Below are positions 1 to 8,948 of a stretch of DNA of 64,000 nucleotides, in pieces. Position 1 is the first letter of the stretch. The number at the start of each line of letters is the position of its first letter. Source of the DNA: Dehalococcoidia bacterium (GTDB lineage: Bacteria > Chloroflexota > Dehalococcoidia > Plut-88900); assembly GCA_965249275.1 (NCBI GenBank), contig CBDFLQ010000005.1, positions 288,001 to 352,000 of the forward strand. Reading direction: 5' to 3'. Position numbers and translations under genes: made by a program. Below the pieces are notes generated by a model, which saw nothing but the letters and a program-made list of their open reading frames with translations, had not been told where the DNA came from and made no database searches.

Positions 1-193
1 TCAAAAGGGAATATTATTCTCGGATTTTAGAAAGCCAATCCCGTATCTTCTGTTCCATTACTGGATCTGGAGGCTGACTAAACAATTCTAGGTAGGGACG
101 TTATTTTATGTTAATCACCGAACCCTCCACACTTGGTGAAACCCGCTCCCGGCTACTAACCCCGTCTCCCCACAAATAGCGAAGGTAAGAACG

Positions 194-946
194 ATGCCGA
201 TTACCGTGTTTCCCGAATATCAACAGGCATGCAAGATATGTGGACGTCGCATGGATGATTTAAGCAACTTGCGCGCTGTGATTGACGAGACACGGGAATG
301 GATGAGTGGTGACCGAACCCCAGAGCGGCCTACACAGAATCGTGAACAGATGGAAGACATAACTGTCAAATATCAAGAAATTTATGGGGCGTTGTATGAG
401 GCTTTACAATTCGCAGAGACAGTATTGTTCAACTGTGACGGTAATATGATTATCGCTGCCAGAGCTAATGCGCGAATGACGATGGACAGGTTTATGGCAG
501 TTCAGCATATTATTGAGATAGGATTGGCATCGTGGGAACGATATCAGTATAAGCGAGGTATAGAGAACCTAAAAGACTACCCACACCACTTCGCTGACAT
601 CGTGATACAAGCTCTAGAAGCTCGCTTGGCACAATTATCCAAACAAGGTACTGTCGCCTCATCATATAAACCAAATAAGCAAGACTGGTATCCGCAGTAC
701 GCCGACTTATCACGATTCGGTGTACATTTCGAGATGGGCGCAGAAGGCGACCGAAAATCCGCAGATTATGGCCAGTTAGTAGGAGTCACGCATTTTTGTG
801 TATGTGGTATCAGGGAGTACATGGAACCTGTGTGGGTAGAATATCGCGTAAACAGAAAGCCTATATGTGGGGTTCAAGTAGGGGCTGGCGTGGGGAGTCA
901 ATGGCGAAAAAGGGAATTTAGGAGAGAAAGTCATGATACGAAATAG
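194..946 (+). CDS. Hypothetical protein with two Cys pairs (CKIC, CVCG), AT-richer than the rest of the window
   Basis: 250-aa ORF; GAAGGT RBS-like motif upstream; overlaps next ORF; no family recognised. Confidence 0.65.
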   Translation: MPITVFPEYQQACKICGRRMDDLSNLRAVIDETREWMSGDRTPERPTQNREQMEDITVKYQEIYGALYEALQFAETVLFNCDGNMIIAARANARMTMDRFMAVQHIIEIGLASWERYQYKRGIENLKDYPHHFADIVIQALEARLAQLSKQGTVASSYKPNKQDWYPQYADLSRFGVHFEMGAEGDRKSADYGQLVGVTHFCVCGIREYMEPVWVEYRVNRKPICGVQVGAGVGSQWRKREFRRESHDTK

Positions 947-1217
947 GGGATGGAAGTGTCCGATTTGCAAGAAGTTCCTGCTTCACCTTGATATCTCAGA
1001 GTCGTTCAGGGAGTGCAGGAGTTGTGGGTTCATTGGTTGGTGGCTTGCTGACACCGTAGCGCCGGGGCCTGGCTTGGGCTACAAATGTGTAAATTGTCAG
1101 AAATCCACACTGCATTATTTTGCAACCAAGGCGGGTGTAGAGATTTACAGATGCACAAAATGCCTGTACTCGGGTGCTAAAGCTATAGATGGAGGAGTGG
1201 GAGGAGAGGCGCTGTAG
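933..1217 (+). CDS. Small double zinc-ribbon protein (4 x CxxC)
   Basis: CPIC, CRSC, CVNC, CTKC; AGGAGA upstream; overlaps previous ORF. Confidence 0.7.
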   Translation: MIRNRGWKCPICKKFLLHLDISESFRECRSCGFIGWWLADTVAPGPGLGYKCVNCQKSTLHYFATKAGVEIYRCTKCLYSGAKAIDGGVGGEAL

Positions 1218-1473
1218 ATTCCTCGCGGGGCCTCGGAATGACAGTTAGGGAGGTGGGGGGGAATACTGGCGTGACGGTATGGCAGTCGTGGGCCTCCCCC
1301 CGCTCGACCCTTCGACTCGTCGCTCAGGGTGAGCGGCCCCTCCGACCGGGGATGGATTCCGGCTCTCGGCGGCCGGAATGAGGGATGGGGGTGGGTGGGG
1401 ATGAAGTAGGCGAGTGGTGGGCTTGCGCCTCAGATTCCTCGCGGGGCCTCGGAATGATAGTTATGCAAAGGTT
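1216..1473 (+). repeat. Cluster of hairpin host repeats: A (1216-1243, 1432-1459), B (~1298-1340), C (~1353-1381), plus a MITE-end-like TTATGCAAAGGT
   Basis: AGATTCCTCGCGGGGCCTCGGAATGA twice; CCCGCTCGACCCTTCGAC..CTCAGGGTGAGCGG; TGGATTCCGGC..GCCGGAATGA; all recur elsewhere in the window. Confidence 0.85.
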
Positions 1474-1499
1474 GCTGAAGGGGTGATCTATGCTCCCTC

Positions 1500-1508
1500 T
1501 GCTATAAT
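1500..1508 (+). promoter_or_regulatory. Extended -10 promoter element (TGnTATAAT) upstream of leuC
   Basis: TGCTATAAT about 48 nt before the leuC ATG. Confidence 0.55.
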
Positions 1509-1555
1509 CCGCTCAGTGGTCAATGTAGCTAAATTCCCCAGCGAGGTCCCCTGAA

Positions 1556-2959
1556 ATGTCTCCCAAAACCATGTTCGAAAAGATATGGGATGCCCATGTC
1601 GTCCACCAAGACCCGGGCCAGGACGCTATCCTGTACGTCGACCTTCACCTTGTACATGAGGTCACGTCTCCGCAGGCGTTTGAAGGTCTGCGGCTGTCCG
1701 GCAGACCGGTCCGCCGTCCCGAGCTGACCGTAGCCACCGTGGACCACTCCATCCCTACCTGGGAGCGTACGCGTCCTACGGAGGACCCCATCGCCGCGCA
1801 GCAGATCGCCACCATGCAGAAGAACGCGAAAGACAACCGTCTGCCGTTCTACGACATCCACAGCGACGGACAGGGCATCGTCCACGTGATCGGGCCTCAG
1901 TTGGGATACACCAGGCCGGGAATGCTCATCGTATGCGGGGACAGTCACACGTCCACCCACGGGGCTTTCGGGTCGATGGGAATGGCCATCGGGACCACGC
2001 AGGCGGAGCACGTTCTCGCTACCCAGTGCGTTCAGCAAGCCAACCTGAAGACTATGGAGGTGCGCCTGACTGGCAGCCTGGCCCCGGGAGTCGCCGCCAA
2101 AGACATCATCCTGGGCATTATCGGGGAGATAGGGATAGACGGGGCGAGTGGCTATGCAGTCGAGTACACGGGTGAGGCTATCCGGGGCCTATCGATGGAA
2201 GGTCGGATGACCGTGTGCAACATGTCAATTGAGGCGGGGGCACGGATCGGGATGGTTGCCCCGGACGAGACCACCTTCAACTATGTCAAAGGCCGACGGT
2301 TTGCACCCAAGGGCGACGCATGGGATGAGGCGGTCGAAAACTGGAAGAAACTACCGACCGACGCGGGTGCTGAGTACGACAGAGTTCTCGAAATCGACGC
2401 CTCTGCGATGGAGCCGTATGTGACCTGGGGCACGAACCCTGGAATGGTGGCTCGGGTGACGGGCAACGTCCCGGACCCGGCATCAATGGACTCGCCTGTA
2501 GAAAAGGAAGCCACGGAACGGGCCCTGCACTACATGGGGCTGGAGCCCGGTGAGGCAATTGAAGAGATCAAGATAGACCGAGCCTTCATCGGCTCATGCA
2601 CCAACTCCCGGATTGAGGACCTGCGCATTGCCGCCGAGGTTGCCAAGGGGCGTGCAGTCGATCCGAAAGTCTACGCCATGGTGGTGCCGGGGTCTTGGGC
2701 GGTTAAGCGTCAGGCGGAGGAAGAAGGGCTCGACAGGATATTCAAGGATGCGGGTTTCGACTGGCGGGAGGCGGGGTGCTCCATGTGCCTGGGCATGAAC
2801 CCCGACATTCTGCAGCCCGGCGAGCGCTGCGCCTCGACGTCTAATCGCAACTTCGAAGGCCGGCAGGGCAAGGGGGGCAGGACTCATCTCGTCAGTCCCG
2901 CAATGGCTGCTGCTGCAGCGATTACCGGGCACTTCGTCGATATTCGGGAGTGGAAGTAG
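1556..2959 (+). CDS. leuC: 3-isopropylmalate dehydratase large subunit
   Basis: [49 protein letters not shown] motifs. Confidence 0.97.
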   Translation: MSPKTMFEKIWDAHVVHQDPGQDAILYVDLHLVHEVTSPQAFEGLRLSGRPVRRPELTVATVDHSIPTWERTRPTEDPIAAQQIATMQKNAKDNRLPFYDIHSDGQGIVHVIGPQLGYTRPGMLIVCGDSHTSTHGAFGSMGMAIGTTQAEHVLATQCVQQANLKTMEVRLTGSLAPGVAAKDIILGIIGEIGIDGASGYAVEYTGEAIRGLSMEGRMTVCNMSIEAGARIGMVAPDETTFNYVKGRRFAPKGDAWDEAVENWKKLPTDAGAEYDRVLEIDASAMEPYVTWGTNPGMVARVTGNVPDPASMDSPVEKEATERALHYMGLEPGEAIEEIKIDRAFIGSCTNSRIEDLRIAAEVAKGRAVDPKVYAMVVPGSWAVKRQAEEEGLDRIFKDAGFDWREAGCSMCLGMNPDILQPGERCASTSNRNFEGRQGKGGRTHLVSPAMAAAAAITGHFVDIREWK

Positions 2960-2970
2960 GAGGTTTCAAA

Positions 2971-3174
2971 GTGAAACTGACAGTAGTTTTGGAACCCAGC
3001 GATGAGGGCGGGTATTCGGTTTTCGTCCCCACTCTCCCTGGCTGCATCAGTGAAGGCGACACTCGGGAGGAGGCGTTGGGGAATATAGGGGAGGCCATTG
3101 AGCTGCACCTGGAGCTTACCGAACACGACTACACCATCGAGAAGAACTTGGAAATAGTAGAACTGGCACTCTAA
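2971..3174 (+). CDS. HicB-like antitoxin (UPF0150), no HicA partner
   Basis: GGYSVFVPTLPGCISEGDTREEALGNIGEAIELHLE; GGAGG RBS before GTG at 2971. Confidence 0.85.
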   Translation: MKLTVVLEPSDEGGYSVFVPTLPGCISEGDTREEALGNIGEAIELHLELTEHDYTIEKNLEIVELAL

Positions 3175-3229
3175 AGCATACTTCAGTCGAGAATTGTGAA
3201 AGTATTTAGCCCCGAGGTCATATGCAACC

Positions 3230-3847
3230 ATGCAACCATTCACCACTCTTGCCGCTAGCGTAGCCGTTTTGGACCGCACGAACGTCGATACCGACCAGGT
3301 GATCCCAAAGCAATTCCTGAAGCGTATCGAGCGCACGGGATACGGAGAGTTTTTGTTCTTCGACTGGGGGCGTCTTGAAGACGGGTCTCCCAACCCAGAC
3401 TTTGAGCTGAACGCGCCTCAGTACCAAAACGCGGGCATCCTTGTTACCGGCCCGAACTTCGGGTGCGGTTCGTCCCGTGAACACGCTGTCTGGGCCATTT
3501 ATCAGCACGGGTTCAAGGCGATCATCGCTCCCTCCTTCGCCGAGATATTTCACAAAAACTGCTTCCAAAACGGCCTCTGCCCTGTGCTCCTAGAAGAGGC
3601 CCAAGTCTCCGACATAATGGCGCGGGCTCGGGCGCAGAGCCCCGAGCCGTACTCCCTCACCATCGACCTAGAGACCTGTCTCCTCTCCGACGGCGAGGGG
3701 CTGAGTCTTCCTTTCGTCATCCACCAGGACAAAGCCACTCACGATTTCCGTCGGCGCTGCCTTCTGGGAGGCCTCGACGAAATCGAACTTACGCTTCAGC
3801 ACGAAGACGCAATACTCGCCTACGAGAAAGCCCGCGGAATAGCATAA
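3230..3847 (+). CDS. leuD: 3-isopropylmalate dehydratase small subunit
   Basis: NVDTDQVIPKQFL, NFGCGSSREHA, SFAEIF motifs. Confidence 0.96.
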   Translation: MQPFTTLAASVAVLDRTNVDTDQVIPKQFLKRIERTGYGEFLFFDWGRLEDGSPNPDFELNAPQYQNAGILVTGPNFGCGSSREHAVWAIYQHGFKAIIAPSFAEIFHKNCFQNGLCPVLLEEAQVSDIMARARAQSPEPYSLTIDLETCLLSDGEGLSLPFVIHQDKATHDFRRRCLLGGLDEIELTLQHEDAILAYEKARGIA

Positions 3848-3859
3848 GGAAACCCGACT

Positions 3860-5344
3860 ATGGACTGGCGGGAAGACTACAAGCGCAAGCTGTGCTCACC
3901 GCAGGACGCAGCGGCCATGGTCAAGTCGGGAGACCTGGTCCACACGGGACTCATCCCCATGCCACGGCTGATAGCCGACGCTATAGTCGCCCGCAGGGAT
4001 GAATTCGAGCATCTCTACGTCACGATGGTCGGACCTGAATACGATCCTGGATTCCTAAGCAGTGCGAACTCAGACAAATTTTCCGTGACGGTCGAGCTTC
4101 ACATTGGCATCGGCACCCTGGCCATCGACGCCATGGACGAACGTCGGATCGACTACTCCCCAGTCCTGTTCTCCACATGGTTCAAGCCCGCCATCGACCA
4201 GCACTTAAACGCCCGCACCCCCGACATCTTCCTGTGCACCGTATCCCCTCCAGACCAGAACGGCTATTGCAGCTTCGGTTCAGACCTGTGGAACAAGCGC
4301 ACTTTCGCCAAGCTCTCCCGCACCGTATTAGCCGAGGTAGACGAGCGCTTTATCCGCACCTATGGGGATAACTATATCCATGTTTCGGAGATAGACGCAT
4401 TCGTCGAGAACACGCCCCAGCCGATGTACGACGAGGAGTTGTACGAGATCATCTCAGCGATCCCGGACGCCGAACGCCGACAGGAACTTACCGAGATAGC
4501 TTCCAAGCTGGAGTTTGAGCGCCGCCGGGACTTCATCCCCCAGGTGGCCGGCCTGGACCTTGCCCAAATGCGCATTTGGGCTGCCTTCTACGCGGGCGTC
4601 TCCGACCCGGGCCCCAAGGCCCGCCGTATGGCCGAGTTCGTCACAGAATGCGTACCCGACGGCGCCACAATCCAGATCGGTACAGGTACTCCCTCCACGC
4701 TTCTCCCCACCCTCGGGGCGTTTGATGACAAGCACGATCTCGGCATACACTCCGAGATGGCGGCTCCCGGCCTGATCGACCTCATTGAGCGGGGTATAGT
4801 GAACGGCCGCTACTCCAACACCCACCCGGGAGTGGCCCGGCTCAGCGCCCTAACTGCAACCAACATCAGGGAGCAGAAGTGGGCCGAATATAACCCGAAG
4901 CTCGAACTGCTGGAATCCAAAGACGTAGTGAACATTAGAGAGGTCTCGCAGATCGACAAGATGTTTACTATCAACAACGCACTGTCGGTTGACCTGGGCG
5001 GGCAGACCAACTCGGAGACGGTGTTCGGGGGGAGGCTCGTGGCAGGGTCGGGGGGCCAGACTGATCTGCACATCGGGGCGACACAGTCGAATGGGGGTCG
5101 TGGGATCATCCTGCTTCGGTCGACGGCCTTGGGAGGCTCGGTGTCGCGAATCGTTCCCCAGTTCGAGGAGGGGGCCATAGTCACCATACCCCGCACATTC
5201 GCGGACATTGTGATCACCGAGTACGGCGTTGCGCAGTTGATGGGCAAGTCGAATCGTCAAAGAGCTGAAGAGCTGATCAACATCGCGCACCCGGACTTCC
5301 GGGCCGAGCTGCGTCGGGAGGCGCGGAAACTGTTGTATCCATGA
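3860..5344 (+). CDS. Acetyl-CoA hydrolase/transferase family (4-hydroxybutyrate CoA-transferase-like), paralog 1
   Basis: VSPPDQNGYCSFG, GIHSEM (catalytic Glu), GGQ, VITEYGVA, LINIAHPDFR. Confidence 0.9.
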   Translation: MDWREDYKRKLCSPQDAAAMVKSGDLVHTGLIPMPRLIADAIVARRDEFEHLYVTMVGPEYDPGFLSSANSDKFSVTVELHIGIGTLAIDAMDERRIDYSPVLFSTWFKPAIDQHLNARTPDIFLCTVSPPDQNGYCSFGSDLWNKRTFAKLSRTVLAEVDERFIRTYGDNYIHVSEIDAFVENTPQPMYDEELYEIISAIPDAERRQELTEIASKLEFERRRDFIPQVAGLDLAQMRIWAAFYAGVSDPGPKARRMAEFVTECVPDGATIQIGTGTPSTLLPTLGAFDDKHDLGIHSEMAAPGLIDLIERGIVNGRYSNTHPGVARLSALTATNIREQKWAEYNPKLELLESKDVVNIREVSQIDKMFTINNALSVDLGGQTNSETVFGGRLVAGSGGQTDLHIGATQSNGGRGIILLRSTALGGSVSRIVPQFEEGAIVTIPRTFADIVITEYGVAQLMGKSNRQRAEELINIAHPDFRAELRREARKLLYP

Positions 5345-5369
5345 GTCAACGTGGACGGGCAAGAACAGG

Positions 5370-5575
5370 ACTGTGCTCCTAGACGTAGAGCCAGTCATGC
5401 CCGACCCCACCTATTCCATGCCCTCGGCCTGAGCCGCCCATTTGCCATCCATCAAGCCAAAGCAACCCACGATTTCCCGCGCCGCTGCCTGTCGTACAGG
5501 CTGGACAAAATCGACCTCATTGTCCGGCACGAGGATGCTATACTCGCCTTCGAAAAGGCCCACTGCATAGGCTGA
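5370..5575 (+). pseudogene. Degenerate duplicate of the 3' end of leuD
   Basis: PFAIHQAKATHDFPRRCL..LDKIDL..HEDAILAFEKA matches LeuD PFVIHQDKATHDFRRRCL..LDEIEL..HEDAILAYEKA. Confidence 0.85.
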
Positions 5576-5587
5576 GGAGACACGACT

Positions 5588-7066
5588 ATGGACTGGCGGG
5601 AAGACTACAAGCGCAAGCTGTGCTCACAGGAGGAAGCCGCGGCCATGGTCAAGTCGGGAGACCTGGTCCACACGGGAATCCTTCCCATGCCCCGGCTGAT
5701 AGCGGATGAGATAGTCGGACGTCGTGACGAATTCGATCATCTCGACGTCACGATGGTGGAGCCGGAATACGATCCGGGCTTCCTGGAAAGCGCCTATTCC
5801 GACAAGTTCTCCGTAACTGTCGAGATTCACATTGGCACCGTGGCCAAATACGCTCACGATGAAAGGCGCGTTGATTACTCTCCCGTACTCTTCTCCACGT
5901 GGTTCAAGCCCTCCCTGGACCCGCGCCCGAACGCCCGGACCCCGGACGTATTCCTGTGCACCGTCTCGCCTCCAGATGACAACGGCTATTGCAGCTTTGG
6001 CGCAAACCTCTGGAACAAGCACACGTTCACCAAGCTCTCCCGTACCGTCCTGGCAGAGGTGGACGAGCGTTTCATACGCACCTACGGGGACAACTATGTT
6101 CATGTCTCGGAGATAGACGCGTTTGTGGAAAACACTCCTCCCCCCATGGATGACGAAGAACTTAAGGGCATCCTCTCCAGTATCGGAGACGAGGAGCGCC
6201 GAAACGAACTAGCGGAGGTTGCATCCCAGCTGGAGTACGATCGGCGCAGGGACTTCATTCCCCAGCTTGCCAGCCTGGACCTCTCACAAATGCGCCAGTG
6301 GGCCGCATTCTACGCAGGCCTTTCAGACCCGGGCCCAGCGGCAAGGCGAATCGCAGAATACGTGTCCGAGCTAGTGCCAGATGGGGCGACCATCCAGATC
6401 GGAGCGGGAACACCCTCGACACTGCTCCCGACCCTCGGTACCTTCGACGGCAAGCACGATCTAGGTATCCACTCGGAGATGGGCGCTCCGGGAATGATCG
6501 ATCTCATCGACAAGGGAATAGTGACCGGCCGTTACACAAACACGCACCCGGGAGTGGCCCGACTATCTGCCCTGACCGCCACAAACATCAGCGAGCAGAA
6601 GTGGGCCGAGTACAACCCGAAGGTCGAACTGCTGGAATCGCAGGATGTGGTCAGTATCAGGGAAGTCTCGCTAATCGACAACATGTGCACCATCAACAAC
6701 GCGTTGTCGGTGGACCTGTTCGGCCAAGTCAATTCGGAGACGGTGTTCGGGGGCAGGCTGGTGGCAGGGACTGGCGGGCAGACGGAGCTGCATATCGGGG
6801 CGACGCAGTCAAAGGGTGGCAGAGGGATTATTCTCCTAAGGTCGACGGCGTTGGGAGGGTCGGTGTCCCGGATAGTGCCCCAGCTTGAAGAGGGCGCAAT
6901 AGTCACCATACCCCGCACGTTTGCGGATATGGTGGTCACGGAATACGGGGTAGCCCAGCTGATGGGGAGGTCGGACCGCCAGAGGGCGGAGGAACTGATC
7001 AACATAGCGCACCCGAACTTCCGGGCCGAACTGCGTCGGGAGGCGCAGAGGCTGCTTTATCCGTAG
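5588..7066 (+). CDS. Acetyl-CoA hydrolase/transferase family, paralog 2
   Basis: Highly similar to 3860-5344; same motifs. Confidence 0.9.
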   Translation: MDWREDYKRKLCSQEEAAAMVKSGDLVHTGILPMPRLIADEIVGRRDEFDHLDVTMVEPEYDPGFLESAYSDKFSVTVEIHIGTVAKYAHDERRVDYSPVLFSTWFKPSLDPRPNARTPDVFLCTVSPPDDNGYCSFGANLWNKHTFTKLSRTVLAEVDERFIRTYGDNYVHVSEIDAFVENTPPPMDDEELKGILSSIGDEERRNELAEVASQLEYDRRRDFIPQLASLDLSQMRQWAAFYAGLSDPGPAARRIAEYVSELVPDGATIQIGAGTPSTLLPTLGTFDGKHDLGIHSEMGAPGMIDLIDKGIVTGRYTNTHPGVARLSALTATNISEQKWAEYNPKVELLESQDVVSIREVSLIDNMCTINNALSVDLFGQVNSETVFGGRLVAGTGGQTELHIGATQSKGGRGIILLRSTALGGSVSRIVPQLEEGAIVTIPRTFADMVVTEYGVAQLMGRSDRQRAEELINIAHPNFRAELRREAQRLLYP

Positions 7067-7195
7067 CTTGTTGCCTTCTTCGTGTCCTACTCATGGCTAG
7101 GCACGACTATATTTTCGTTGATGAGTCTGGGGACCTTGGGTACAAGAGTGTTCTTTGCCTAACTTACTAGCTAGTATGCATTGGAGGAAGGGGAT

Positions 7196-7300
7196 CACCC
7201 TCACCCCAGCCCTCTCCCGTCAAGGGAGAGGGGGTAGGATTCCCCGCCCCAGATTCACGCCTGAGGCGCATCTTCGACCTCGAGGGGCATCGGAATGACA
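7196..7300 (+). repeat. Host repeat D (7196-7233) and host repeat A interrupted by a 22-nt micro-element (7257-7278)
   Basis: CACCCTCACCCCAGCCCTCTCCCGTCAAGGGAGAGGG; AGATTC[ACGCCTGAGGCGCATCTTCGAC]CTCGAGGGGCATCGGAATGACA. Confidence 0.8.
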
Positions 7301-7393
7301 GTTAGGCTACAGCGAACAGGAGTGGGGAATAGCCGGAGAAATGTCGTGGGCTAGGTCGGACCTCCATGTTTCGGGAGATCTGCCTAGCCCGGT

Positions 7394-7421
7394 GATAGGC
7401 TGCAAATTAATGCAACCTATC
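7394..7421. promoter_or_regulatory. Imperfect palindrome, candidate operator upstream of CoA transferase 3
   Basis: GATAGGCTGCA-AATTAA-TGCAACCTATC followed by TATAAAT. Confidence 0.4.
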
Positions 7422-7459
7422 TACCTATAAATTTAGTGAATACCACTGAGACTGTCAAC

Positions 7460-8941
7460 ATGGACTGGCAAGAAGAGTACAAACGTAAGTTAGTTTCTGC
7501 GGACGAGGCTGTCACTCTTGTAAAGTCGGGGGACCGGGTGGAGATTTCCATCTACCCCACCCCTACCCTTCTTCCCCCTGCTCTGGCCAAGCGTCGGGCG
7601 GAGCTGCGGGACGTTGAGACTGTCATGCCGGAACCCGTCTATCCCATGCCGTGGTTCGAGCCGGGATTCGAGGACTCGTTTTCTACAACCCTAGAGCTTC
7701 ACGTAGGCATGGGGGGCGCAAGACCTATCATCGACGAGAAGCGCGCCGACTACTACCCCATCCTCTTCTCATTGTGGCACAAACCCTACATAGACAGGCC
7801 CGAGTCCGCGCCACCTATCGACGTGTTCATGTGCACAGTCTCGCCGCCCGACCAGAACGGCTATTGCAGCTTCGGCGGTCACCTGTGGAACAAGCGCGTG
7901 CTGGCCTCACACGCGAAAGTGGTCCTGGCCGAGGTCGACGAGACGTTCATCCGGACTCACGGTACGAACTACATCCACGTCTCGGAGATTGACCGCTTCG
8001 TCGAGAATCGGCCGGAGTTGATGCCTGACGACGAACTGGAACGCATCATACAAGACATGCCGGACGAGGAGGGGAGTCGTGAGCTCAGGGCCGTATCCAC
8101 GCGAGTCGAGGTGGAACGGCGCTACGATTTTATTCCCAAGCTCGCACTTATGGACGGCCCCACTATCCGAGGGTGGGCCCAAGTGTACGGCTATCAGAGC
8201 GAAACGGAGCCAATTGCTCTGACCATCGGCAAATATGTTGCCGAACTGATACCGGATGGCTCGTGCCTGCAGGTCGGTGGGGGAACACCATCAACGCTGA
8301 TCCCCGGGATGGGTGTGCTGGACGAAAAGCACGATCTAGGGGTGCACTCCGAGATGTCGGCGAGGGGACTGGCAGACCTGGTACGGAAGGGTATCGTCAC
8401 CGGCAAGCGCAAGAACTTCCATCCGGGCAAGTACATAGTCTCCGCTCTCACCGCATGCTCCCAGGACGAGATAAGGTTCGCCCATAACAACCCGAGCTTC
8501 GAGCTCTACGACTCCCACTATGTCGTCAACATTGCCAACGTGGCGGCGAACGACAATATGGTATCCATCAACAGCGCCATTGCCATAGACCTGACCGGCC
8601 AGATCACCTCCGAGACGGTATTGGGGGGCAGGCTGATTGCAGGAACCGGGGGCCAGCCGGAGCTTCACATGGGCGCAATAAACTCCCGGGGAGGACGCGC
8701 AATAACCTGCCTGCGGTCCACGGCTGTGGGAGGTGTCGTGTCCCGCATCGTGCCACAGCACGACGCCGGAACTGCTATCACCGTCACGCGGGGGTTTGCC
8801 GACTACGTGGTTACGGAATACGGTGTGGCCAGTCTTTTGGGCAAGACGTTCAGGCAGCGGGCCGAGGAGCTGATAAGTGTCGCGCACCCGGACTTTCGGG
8901 CCGAGCTTCGGCAGGAAGCCCAGAAACTCTTCTACCCATGA
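7460..8941 (+). CDS. Acetyl-CoA hydrolase/transferase family, paralog 3
   Basis: MDWQEEYKRKL start shared with paralogs; GVHSEM, VVTEYGVA, HPDFR. Confidence 0.9.
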   Translation: MDWQEEYKRKLVSADEAVTLVKSGDRVEISIYPTPTLLPPALAKRRAELRDVETVMPEPVYPMPWFEPGFEDSFSTTLELHVGMGGARPIIDEKRADYYPILFSLWHKPYIDRPESAPPIDVFMCTVSPPDQNGYCSFGGHLWNKRVLASHAKVVLAEVDETFIRTHGTNYIHVSEIDRFVENRPELMPDDELERIIQDMPDEEGSRELRAVSTRVEVERRYDFIPKLALMDGPTIRGWAQVYGYQSETEPIALTIGKYVAELIPDGSCLQVGGGTPSTLIPGMGVLDEKHDLGVHSEMSARGLADLVRKGIVTGKRKNFHPGKYIVSALTACSQDEIRFAHNNPSFELYDSHYVVNIANVAANDNMVSINSAIAIDLTGQITSETVLGGRLIAGTGGQPELHMGAINSRGGRAITCLRSTAVGGVVSRIVPQHDAGTAITVTRGFADYVVTEYGVASLLGKTFRQRAEELISVAHPDFRAELRQEAQKLFYP

Positions 8942-8948
8942 TCCGCTG

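Noticed and set aside
5351-5575. Functional 74-aa protein
   Set aside because: Better explained as a decayed leuD fragment lacking the catalytic motifs.
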